From an uncultured bacterium (lineage in GTDB: Bacteria; Verrucomicrobiota; Lentisphaeria; Victivallales; UBA1829), in contig CASERY010000030.1 in NCBI GenBank assembly GCA_949290385.1, positions 4,300 to 68,299 on the forward strand: a DNA stretch of 64,000 nucleotides, read 5' to 3'. The translations under genes were made by a program, and so were the position numbers. Positions 20,224-29,659 of the stretch are shown here, in pieces. The stretch's first letter is position 1; each line of letters opens with the position of its first letter. Under the pieces are notes generated by a model that saw only the letters and a list, made by a program, of their open reading frames with translations, did no database searches and had not been told where the DNA came from.

Positions 20224-21069
20224 TTACGGGTTCCTTGTGACGGGGTCAACCACTACGATGCCGTCAAAATTGAGGCGGAGACGCCGATTGATCTGAGGAT
20301 TCTACAATCCATGATCCAGTGCCGGAATCAGTCGTCCAGGAATTTCATTGTGAAGTTTCTCCCGGGAAATGTTGGCATCAAGAAAAACCATGAACGGAGC
20401 ATCCTGATGATTTTTGTAAATGAGTTCGCATTGAATATATTTTCCATTGGATACAAAGACTTTTGTCAGCTGAATGGATGGATAGTCAAGTGTAATCATT
20501 TTGATAAAACTTAATACCATCAATGCTGTAGGATCGTCGATGCGTGCGCCCGGCTGGAGCGAAGGCGGCGGCGTGACAAAGGAAAGTTTCGGCAGTTCCA
20601 TGGAAAGATTGGCACAGTAGTCTTTATCCATAATCACGCCGTTTTCATCGATGAGACGCCCCTGGCTCAGTTCGGCTCTGGGAATGCGTTCCAGCATTTC
20701 AACTTCGAGCTTGTCCGGGAGGACGCGGCTTACAGAGACTTTTTCCACTTCCGGAATGTTGTCCATAATGCTTTGTCTGAGCTTTGCCAGATCTATGGAA
20801 AACAGATTGGTATAACCCGGAATCAGCCCAAGTCTGTCGCAGAGGAGGCGGCTTTTGTTTTCACGGTCTTCCGGATTGCTGCCGCTCCAGAAGCCAGCCC
20901 GGCTTTCAATCGAAACATCTTCAAGCGTGAAGCGAGGATTCTTTTCGAAGAGCTGGATCTTTACGAACCAGAGAAGAGCGGCGCTGCCGATCCCGATTAC
21001 GAGAATTATGCAGAGTCCGATCCAGAATTTAGCGGTACCGCTGAGTTTTTCAGCCCATTTGAATGTCAT
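20224..21069 (-). CDS. ftsQ: Cell division protein FtsQ/DivIB-like (POTRA); TAG at 20302-20304 read through to TAA 20224-20226
   Basis: One N-terminal TM segment followed by a POTRA-like block (FTLEDVSIES...NLFSIDLAKLRQSIMDNIPEVEKVSVSRVLPDKLEVEMLERIPRA). The code-11 ORF is 20302..21069. The same frame continues for 25 codons (NPQINRRLRLNFDGIVVVDPVTRNP) to a TAA that directly abuts the next gene's ATG. Confidence 0.6.
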
Positions 21070-21265
21070 GAAGAATCCTTTTTCGATAAAACTTTCTTCT
21101 TTAAAAAACAGAGAATACTCTTGCTTTTCTTCCTATAGAATATATCTTCAAATAGTTTATTTTCCACTTCCCGCAGGATTTTTAAGAAATTTTTACGGGA
21201 CTGGATGAGTTTTTTTCAGATCTCACATTTTTCTATTTAATCGATCAAAATAAGGATTGCCCAAA

Positions 21266-22066
21266 ATGGAACTGCCTCAGGAACAGCCTGTAAATCTCTG
21301 GACGCACGAACCCCCTCTGGCTCATGGAAATGCTCCGGAAGATATTCCCACAATTACTGCCTATTATCCGGCAGAATGGAGAAAAAATAAAAAAGCCGTA
21401 GTTATTCTGCCTGGCGGAGCTTACTAGTGTCTGGCAGATCACGAAGGAGCCGGCTATGCCAGATGGCTGGCTCATCATGGATATTGTGCCTTTGTTGTAA
21501 AATACCGTCTTGGTTCAAATCACTATCATCATCCTGCTGAAATTTCGGATGCGGCCAGAGCTGTGCGGATTGTGCGCACTCATGCGAAGGAACTGGGAAT
21601 TGATCCGCATAAGATCGGAATCATGGGGTCTTCTGCAGGGGGGCATCTTGCAGCTTCCTGTGCGACTTTTCATGAGATGGGAATCCGGGAGGAAGGCGAG
21701 TCCATGGAGAAGAATCTGGGACGGCCGGATTTTACCATCCTGTGTTATCCGGTGATTTCTTCTGATGAGAAAATCGGGCATACCTACTCTTTTGACATGC
21801 TGCTGGGGCCTGATGCTGATCCTAAACTGAGAACATTGCTTTCCATGGAAAAGTCTGCGGACAAGGATACTCCGCCTGCTTTTATCTGGCATACCTGGGA
21901 GGATCTGGCAGTGCCGGTGGAAAACAGCCTTCTGTATGCTTTGAGACTTAGAGAATGCGGTGTGCGGTTTGATATTCATGTGTACGAAAAAGGCGGACAT
22001 GGCATGGGGCTTGGCGATGGTCATCCCTGGGGAGAAGAGTGCCTGCGTTTTCTGGACAGCATCTGA
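21266..22066 (+). CDS. Alpha/beta hydrolase (esterase) with in-frame TAG at 21425-21427
   Basis: ATG 21266 ... VVILPGGAY-TAG-CLADHEGAGYARWLAHHGYCAFVVKYRL ... GIMGSSAGGHLA (GxSxG nucleophile elbow). The track only lists the 3' part, 21563..22066, in the same frame. Stop TGA. Confidence 0.78.
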
Positions 22067-22434
22067 AGGACTTATTGATCTACAAGTTTTGCAAAGAATA
22101 AACGAATGACAGACTTCTCTGCAGAAAAGGGAGAGGAGTCTGCTATTTTTTTCAGATTTTCTCATGTTGCGCATTTTTTGATTGAGAAGGCGTACCATTA
22201 AAATCGGGATCGGAAAAAGAAGAGCGGATCAGCTGTTCTTCCTGAAACAAGATGGACAGAGCCGGCAGCCGGCAAATCATATGCAGCCAGAGTATGGCTG
22301 TTGGAGGAGACTATCGGCAGACTTTCGAGTTTCTGCCTGGAAAATCGGTCATCCAGGAGGATAAAAACAAGCGCCTGTTCTTTGCAGAAAGACTGTCAAC
22401 ATCCTGATATCGAACAAAAGGAAAATAATTCGCC

Positions 22435-23490
22435 ATGGAACAGAAACAGTCTCAGAAAACCGATCGGTTTCAGCTGATGGCAGCCCCACTTCAAGGCTAT
22501 ACCCTGTCTGATTTCCGGAATGCCCATCGAAAAAGCTGTGGAGGGGCAGATGTCTATTTCACCCCGTTTCTGCGCTTGGAAAAAGGGCTTGTCCGGAAGA
22601 AGGAACTGGCGGATCTGCGCAGAGATTTGGAAGTGGAAAGCCGTGGTATTACTGTCCCCCAGCTGATGGTGAAAAGTCCGGAAGAACTGGCTGTTTTCGT
22701 GGAGACAATCCGGCAGGAAAATGTACTGCGGGAATCCTTTCATTTTCCTCCTTTCCAATGGATTGATTTAAACTTTGGCTGTCCGTTTCCGAAAATGACG
22801 GAACATGGATATGGCGCCGGAATTCTGGCAGAAGAGGATTGTGTGAAAAAACTGCTCTGCTCACTGAAAAAATATCCGGACTTTCATTTCTCTGTGAAAA
22901 TGCGTGCAGGAATGCATTGTCGCGATGACTGGAAGAAATTGGTGGGATTTCTCATTGATGCAGATCTGGAGCTGGTTGTTTTTCATGGAAGAACAGGCGA
23001 TCAGGGATATGACGGCGAGGCAGACTGGACTCTCTGTCTGGATTTTGCTGAATGTTATGGCGGGCGTGTCGTGTATAATGGCGACATCCGGACGCTGGAA
23101 CAGGTTCGTTTTCTAAGGGAAAAGATTCCACATTTGTGCGGAATCATGGCAGGTCGCGGTCTTCTGGCCAATCCTCTGCTGTTTCTGGAAATCCGGGAAA
23201 ACGGAAAAAGATACCTGCAGGAAAGAATTCAGCATTTGGAGCAGTATACTACATATTTCCTGGAGGAAGTTTCCCGCAGAACAGATCAGGTTCTTCCGGA
23301 GTAGAAGCGATTATGGGATTTTTTTCTGCCGGAAGCGGATAAGCGTCTGCGTAAAAAAATCCAGAAATCAACAGATCTGGATGAATATCAGTTCTGGGTG
23401 AAGGAACTTTTTTCTCAGATGACGGAATCCGGAAAAGAGGATAGCAGTCCTTCCGGGAATGAGGATGAGCCGGACCTGGAAGATTGTTAA
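22435..23490 (+). CDS. tRNA-dihydrouridine synthase family protein (in-frame TAG at 23302-23304)
   Basis: ORF 22435..23304 has Dus TIM-barrel motifs (MAAPLQGYT, DLNFGCP, VKMR, HGRT). The same frame continues after the TAG as KRLWDFFLPEADKRLRKKIQKSTDLDEYQFWV... to TAA 23488-23490. This resembles the conserved C-terminal tail of this Dus subfamily as I recall it. Confidence 0.82.
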
Positions 23491-23640
23491 ACGTTGCATT
23501 TATCTCTGTGAGAAAAGGAAACCAAACTTGTCTGTGGTCTCCTGCTTAACAGAGAACGGATCCACTTCCAGACTTTGATTTTGAATTTCCATGCAGTACA
23601 ATGGAGGCAGACACTTTTCTATTGTGGGAACGTTTCTGAT

Positions 23641-25026
23641 TTAAAAAATTTCCCGGCAGTCGGCCAGAATGGAAAGACCTTCTCTTAATTTTGCAAAACT
23701 GCCGGCGGAAGAGAGAGAGACTCGGAGAAAAGGGTGTCTGGGATTTTTCCGGACAGCAAAATGGTCTGAATGCTGAACTAAAATCCCCTTTTCGGCAAGA
23801 GTTTGCTCAATGCGTGCACCGCTTTCCCGGGAGGCGATAGGCAGACTCCGGAAAAAGGCATAAGGATGAGCACTGCTGTCATTCATCTCCGGGAAAATTT
23901 GATTGAACAGCTGATTGGCTTTTAAGGCAAGAGATTTCTTTTTTTCGAGAATGGCGGATGCTTTTCCGCTGAGAATGAGTTCCGTGATAATTTCCGCATC
24001 CAGAGAGGAACTTTTAATGTTCATACTGTAAAGTCCGTGAAGAATGCGTTTGCGGAAGGCTTCCGGAAATGCGGCAAAGGCTATGCGTATGCCGGTGCAG
24101 AGATTTTTCGTGGAACCGCAAATAAAAAATGTCTGGTCCGGAAGCATGGAGAAAAGGGAGCGGACGGGACCTTTCCCGGATCCGAGAGTGCCCATGAGGT
24201 CATCTTCAAGGAGGATGAGACGGTGTTTCTGTATGATTTGTGCAAGGGCTTTTTTCCTGTTTTCCGACATGCTGAGAGCTGTTGGATTGGAGCAGGAAGG
24301 CATCAGAAAGATGCCGCTGATTTTTTCACGGGAACATTGTTTGTCCAATGCTTCGGGATCCATGCCTTGCGCATCTCCGGGAATGGGGATGATCTGGAGG
24401 TGAAACAGTTTTGCAGCCTCGATAAAATTGGCATAGGTGAATTCGTCTGCTGCGATGCGGTCCCCCAGACGGAAAAGGGAGACCAGTGCTACAGTCAAAG
24501 CGTTTTGCGCTCCTGAAAAAATGGCGGTGTGATTGCAGTCTGTACGGACATCCATCTGTTCCATCCAGCGGACGCCTGCCGCACGTTGATGCAGATGGCC
24601 TTCCGCATCTGAATAGGCACAGAGCTTTTTCAGATATTCTTTGCTCAGAACAGACTACGCAGTTTCAGGAATGAAATCATTGCATTCATCAAATACATGA
24701 ACAATGCCAAGCTGAATTTTTCCGGATGGATTCAGAAAATCATTTCCGTGGCCGGTATATGGCGCCGTAAAGGTGCCTTTCCCTGCAATGCCGTAGATTA
24801 AATGTTTCTCCCGACAGAGATCATACGCTCGTGTGACGGTTGTAAAATGAATGTCCAGAAAGTCGGCCAGCTCCCGCTGGGGTGGAAGACGTGTGCCGGG
24901 AGCCAGATGGCCGTTTTGAATATCTTCTTCCAGCAGGTTTGCTAGAGAGAGGTAGCAGGGTCTGGATAATTTGGAACGATCGGGTCTCCAGCTCATTTTA
25001 TAATTTTCAAAGGAATTGACCGGCAT
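23641..25026 (-). CDS. pdxR: MocR/GabR-type regulator (GntR wHTH + aminotransferase-like domain), PdxR-like; in-frame TAG at 24655-24657
   Basis: ORFs 24655..25026 (wHTH, LPPQRELADFLDIHFTTVTRAYDLC) and 23641..24564 (fold-type I PLP domain) share one frame with no other stop between them. The gene is divergent from pdxST, the arrangement known for PdxR. Stop TAA. Confidence 0.8.
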
Positions 25027-25156
25027 AAGGATTTGTCTCCTGAAATTTGTAATCCATACAATTTAATCATTTGTATGTATTATATCCTCTGATATAGTAA
25101 ACAGCAAACGTTTTCCGGAAAAAATACATACATATAAAAACAGTCAGGAGAAAGAA

Positions 25157-26032
25157 ATGAACGAAAAACAAGCTGAATTGAACCGCAACCTTGCCCAGAT
25201 GCTCAAGGGTGGCGTAATTATGGATGTTACAACTCCGGAACAGGCTCGTATTGCTGAAGAAGCCGGAGCCTGTGCCGTGATGGCTCTGGAAAGAATTCCT
25301 GCAGATATCCGGGCTGCCGGAGGAGTTTCCCGCATGAGCGACCCGAAAATGATTAAGGGAATCCAGCAAGCTGTTTCGATTCCTGTGATGGCGAAGTGCC
25401 GAATCGGGCATTTCGTGGAAGCTCAGGTTCTGGAGGCAATTGAAATCGATTATATCGACGAAAGCGAAGTGCTTTCGCCTGCCGATGATGTTTACCATAT
25501 TGACAAGACTCAGTTCCGAGTTCCCTTTGTCTGCGGAGCCAGAGATCTGGGAGAGGCGCTCCGGCGCATTCATGAAGGAGCTTCCATGATTCGGACCAAA
25601 GGGGAGCCCGGAACGGGAGACATTGTTCAGGCGGTTCGCCATATGCGGAAGATGAATGCGGAAATCCGCAGACTGGTTTCCATGCGTGAAGACGAACTGT
25701 ATGAAGCCGCCAAGCAGCTTCAGGTGCCTTGCGATCTGGTCTTTTATGTGCACCAGAATGGAAAACTGCCGGTCGTGAACTTTGCCGCAGGCGGAGTGGC
25801 AACTCCCGCAGATGCCGCACTTATGATGCAGTTGGGTGCAGAAGGCGTCTTTGTCGGATCCGGCATTTTCAAATCAGGAAATCCGGCCAAGCGTGCGCAG
25901 GCCATTGTAAAAGCTGTTACCAATTTCAAAGACGCTGGAATGATTGCGGAGCTTTCCGAGGATCTGGGAGAAGCCATGGTCGGCATCAATGAACAGGAGA
26001 TTCAGCTGCTTATGGCGGAAAGAGGCCAGTAA
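25157..26032 (+). CDS. pdxS: Pyridoxal 5'-phosphate synthase lyase subunit PdxS
   Basis: [41 protein letters not shown]... is highly conserved PdxS/SNZ sequence. Stop TAA. Confidence 0.96.
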   Translation: MNEKQAELNRNLAQMLKGGVIMDVTTPEQARIAEEAGACAVMALERIPADIRAAGGVSRMSDPKMIKGIQQAVSIPVMAKCRIGHFVEAQVLEAIEIDYIDESEVLSPADDVYHIDKTQFRVPFVCGARDLGEALRRIHEGASMIRTKGEPGTGDIVQAVRHMRKMNAEIRRLVSMREDELYEAAKQLQVPCDLVFYVHQNGKLPVVNFAAGGVATPADAALMMQLGAEGVFVGSGIFKSGNPAKRAQAIVKAVTNFKDAGMIAELSEDLGEAMVGINEQEIQLLMAERGQ

Positions 26033-26034
26033 GA

Positions 26035-26631
26035 ATGCGTGAAAGAATTGCGGTCCTGGCTTTGCAGGGGGCGTTCCTGGAACATGAACAGGCTTTGGAA
26101 AGACTCAATATAGACTGGTGTGAAATCCGTCAGGCGAAGGACCTGGAACAGGCTTTTGACGGACTGATTCTGCCTGGAGGAGAAAGCACCGTTCAGGGGA
26201 AGCTGCTTCGGGAGCTTGGACTTTTCCATGCATTGAAAAAGCGCATTGAAGATGGAATGCCAGTCATGGCAACCTGTGCCGGGTTGATTCTGCTGGCAGA
26301 ACATTTGGTGGATGATCCCACTGTGTGGTTCGGAACACTTCCTGTAACCGTGCGCAGAAATGCCTACGGTCGGCAGCTGGGGAGTTTTTTTACTCGGGGG
26401 GCTTTCGGCGACATTGCAGACTGTCCCATGACATTCATCCGTGCGCCGTTCGTGGAGTCATGTCGTCCCGGTGTTGAGGTCCTTTCTCGCTTCGACGGCC
26501 AGATAACAGCAGTCCGCTGGCAGAATCAGCTTGCCATGGCATTCCATCCGGAACTGGACCAGGATATGCGTATTCACCGGAATTTTCTGGAGATGGTCCG
26601 GCATCCTGCTTCTTGTCTCTGTTGCTCATAA
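26035..26631 (+). CDS. pdxT: Pyridoxal 5'-phosphate synthase glutaminase subunit PdxT
   Basis: IAVLALQGAFLEH...LILPGGESTV...GTCAG-like MATCAGLILL...FHPE. It starts 2 nt after pdxS. Stop TAA. Confidence 0.93.
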   Translation: MRERIAVLALQGAFLEHEQALERLNIDWCEIRQAKDLEQAFDGLILPGGESTVQGKLLRELGLFHALKKRIEDGMPVMATCAGLILLAEHLVDDPTVWFGTLPVTVRRNAYGRQLGSFFTRGAFGDIADCPMTFIRAPFVESCRPGVEVLSRFDGQITAVRWQNQLAMAFHPELDQDMRIHRNFLEMVRHPASCLCCS

Positions 26632-26780
26632 TGGAAGAATCGGCGGGATAGCATTTTTCATCCTTACGGGAAGCTGGTGCGCTTATGATCCGACCTTTAT
26701 GGAATAAATGGAAAAAAGCCGCCTGGTTTCCCCATCGTATGAGGGGCTGTTGATGAAATGACTCAGCCGTGAAGTCAGAC

Positions 26781-26850
26781 AAAGTCCTGTATGGCATCAT
26801 TCTCTTGATAACAGAGACCCGTCAGATGCCAGACAGGACTTTTCTTGTTT
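26781..26850 (+). terminator. Long stem-loop downstream of pdxT (possible terminator)
   Basis: aaagtcctgtatggcatc (26781-26798) pairs with gatgccagacaggacttt (26825-26842), 17/18 complementary, followed by a weak T-rich tail tcttgttt. Confidence 0.4.
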
Positions 26851-26975
26851 ATACATTCAAAAAAGCCCTGGTTTTTGATTTGACGGTTTTTTGACGGATC
26901 CAGTGACGGATTTTTTGAAACTGGAAAATTCTGAATTTTTTACGTTCCCGATTCCCTTACGATGGCTGGAATTCC

Positions 26976-27314
26976 TTAAAAAACCGTTTGAATCAGGATC
27001 ATGTAAAAAAGGGTGGAGGAAAGAATGGACAGAAGGGGATTGTGCTTCCAGAGCTGGAGTCCTACGCAGAGCGCCGAAGCCAGAAGTTCCGGAATACCGT
27101 AGGGACTGCTGAAAACAGGCGTATTCTGAAAACAGTAGACAATCAGAAGCTAAATGACGGCAGGACTGATTACCCGTCCGATGTAGAGGATGACTTCCGG
27201 AGGGTTCTTGTCTTTTCTGCCGAATGCGGCAAATGCAAAACCCCGAAGAGCAAATGTGACCGCGAACATAACGGCTGTCGCGCTCAATAAATAGGTTGTA
27301 GAAGGAGTATCCAT
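26976..27314 (-). CDS. azlD: Branched-chain amino acid transport protein AzlD (in-frame TAG at 27150-27152)
   Basis: Not in the ORF track because it is split below 60 aa. The reverse strand reads MDTPSTTYLLSATAVMFAVTFALRGFAFAAFGRKDKNPPEVILYIGRVISPAVI-TAG-LLIVYCFQNTPVFSSPYGIPELLASALCVGLQLWKHNPLLSILSSTLFYMILIQTVF-TAA. The start overlaps the azlC stop (TGATG). Size and hydrophobic pattern are typical of AzlD. Confidence 0.75.
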
Positions 27315-28108
27315 CAGGAAGTGGCTGTGTCCTTTCTGCCGGTCGTGCTACTGCTGCTGGAGATGCACGCCTGGCTGTCTTGCCCTTCAGAAACGGAGGA
27401 TTTGTTTTCTGTGCGGGACGTTCCTTCCAGCTTTTTCCGGAAGCTCAACAGCAGAATCAAAATTAAAACAATGGCGGGGATCAGCATGTTCCCGCGGAAA
27501 ACAGTCAGAGAGATCAATCCGCAAAGTCCTCCGATGACTGCCGGAATGCGGTTTTCTTTTCTGGCAAGCTGATCCGTAAGGATGACCATGAAGAGTCCTT
27601 GCATGGCAAAATCAATGCCTTCGGAATTGAATTCGACAAGACTGCCTGCAATATTGCCGAGGACAACTCCCAGAATCCAGTAGGAATGGTCCAGCGCTGC
27701 AATCAGGAAACAATACGTGACAGAGTCTTCTCCGGGAGGTGTTTTGTTTTCCACTTCCAGGGCAAAGGTTTCGTCTGTGAGCGTAAGAATCATGTAGAGT
27801 TTCAGGGCCGGCTTCAGATTTTTCCAGCGCTGGATAAGGGGCAGTCCATAAAGTGCATAGCGGAAATTCAGGCAGAAGGTGATAAGTGCTACTGAAATGA
27901 GCGCTGTTTGATTGCAGAACATATCTACAAGCAAAAACTGCAATGCTCCGGAAATACTGGTTGCCGAGGTTATCAATGCCCAGAATGCTCCCAGGTGTGC
28001 TTTTCCTGCAAGGAGAATTCCTGCTGCGATCCCCATGGCAAGGTATCCCATGAGAACCGGCAGTGATGCTTTGAACGCGGCGGATGCAACTTTTCGGGTG
28101 AAAACCAT
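27314..28108 (-). CDS. azlC: Branched-chain amino acid permease AzlC
   Basis: 264-aa polytopic ORF with the LPVLMGYLAMGIAAGILL N-terminal motif typical of AzlC. It is followed by azlD. Stop TGA. Confidence 0.82.
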   Translation of the reverse strand: MVFTRKVASAAFKASLPVLMGYLAMGIAAGILLAGKAHLGAFWALITSATSISGALQFLLVDMFCNQTALISVALITFCLNFRYALYGLPLIQRWKNLKPALKLYMILTLTDETFALEVENKTPPGEDSVTYCFLIAALDHSYWILGVVLGNIAGSLVEFNSEGIDFAMQGLFMVILTDQLARKENRIPAVIGGLCGLISLTVFRGNMLIPAIVLILILLLSFRKKLEGTSRTENKSSVSEGQDSQACISSSSSTTGRKDTATS

Positions 28109-28711
28109 GGAACGCCATTCCTTTATGGAGAGAATGCAGAATGATGTGAATAGAAATATGAATAAATACTATACTCCGGAATCAGGAAAACTCAAGAATA
28201 ACAGTGTCTTCCTGCTGTAAAAATAAACCTGGAGAAAAAAAGCTTGAATGAGAGTGGTATTTTCACCGTCTTTTTGAAAATCGTTTTGAAAATCCCGGCT
28301 TACCGTAGTGATCGAGTGAACCGGATAAAGAAAAGCAGATCCGCCACTTCCCGGAGACAGGATCCTTTCCGGAAGCGGAGAAGAAAAAATGTATTTCAGG
28401 ACAGAATTAAAAAAAACAAGGAACAAGATTTTATTTTTATATGTCTGAAAAAAAAGAATCTTTTTTCCCCTTGAATATATAAAATCATAAAATAAAGAAA
28501 AAAGAAAAATAAAGACAATTATTTGTTTTACAGGATCCAAATTGATCAAGAAACATAATTTTCGTCCTGAAAAAAAAGAGGAAATAAAAAAACTGTCTTT
28601 TTACAAATAAAACTTTAAAAATATTTGCATAATAGCTGAGTGATGATAACATAACAATGAAAGGATCCAGAAATACAGACGGAAAAACAAAAATTTTCGG
28701 GAGAAAACTTC

Positions 28712-29470
28712 ATGCCGCCTTCAGAAAAAACAGCCTTGATTACAGGTTGTTCCAGTGGAATTGGAAAAGCTTTATGCCTTTATTTCAAAGAACAGGGCAT
28801 CCGGGTGATTGGTGTGTCCAGACATGCGCCTGATTTTCCGCTGGATCACTGGATTTGCGCAGATCTTGTCAGAAGTGAAGACCGTGAAAAAATTCTCCAG
28901 GAAACCAGCCTTTTCACAGGAGGAAAACTGGATCTGCTGATTAACAATGCCGGAATGGGAAGCTATGCCACCTGGGAGGAATTGAGCGAAGAAGATTTGC
29001 GGAAAGTTTTTGAACTGGATTTTTTCGCAGTGGTGCTGCTTACACGCAAACTCCTGCCGCTTCTGGAAAACAGCGGGAAAGGGACTGTTATCAATATCTC
29101 TTCGTCGGCGTCCAGACTGTGGGTGCCGTGTATGGGAGCCTATTGTGCAGTCAAGAGTGCTGTTAGCATGTTTTCGGATTCTCTTCGTCCGGAGCTGGCT
29201 TCCCGTGGAATTCATGTGATGGATGTCCGGCCGGGACAGATCAGCACTGGTTTTTCCTCCAGAGCCTGCGGATGCAGAAGGCCGCCTGATGCTCCCGGAG
29301 CAAAAAGCAATGCCCGCGGACTTGCACGGGCTGTTTATCGTGGATGGCGGAGTTCCGGAAGAAACGTATTGTACTATCCGTGGTGGATCGGAATGGGTAT
29401 TTTTTTTATCCGGAATGTAATTCCGGGAATTTATGACAGAATCAGCCGGAAACTTTGGAAGCTGAAATAA
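28712..29470 (+). CDS. Short-chain dehydrogenase/reductase (SDR)
   Basis: TGCSSGIGKA cofactor motif, NNAG, and catalytic S...YCAVK. Stop TAA. Confidence 0.85.
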   Translation: MPPSEKTALITGCSSGIGKALCLYFKEQGIRVIGVSRHAPDFPLDHWICADLVRSEDREKILQETSLFTGGKLDLLINNAGMGSYATWEELSEEDLRKVFELDFFAVVLLTRKLLPLLENSGKGTVINISSSASRLWVPCMGAYCAVKSAVSMFSDSLRPELASRGIHVMDVRPGQISTGFSSRACGCRRPPDAPGAKSNARGLARAVYRGWRSSGRNVLYYPWWIGMGIFFIRNVIPGIYDRISRKLWKLK

Positions 29471-29659
29471 CAGGGACATTTGTCCCGACAGTACGGCGTT
29501 TTGCCTGAAAATGGGAAGCGGGGAGAGGAGGGAAGTTTTCACGTTATATTGCCTGCAGAGAAAGATAGATTGCTGCAGAGTGTTGACAGACCGCAGAAAA
29601 ATGTTATATTTATTGAATTATAATTATTGTATTTTTAAAAGTAAATAAGGGAGGACCAG

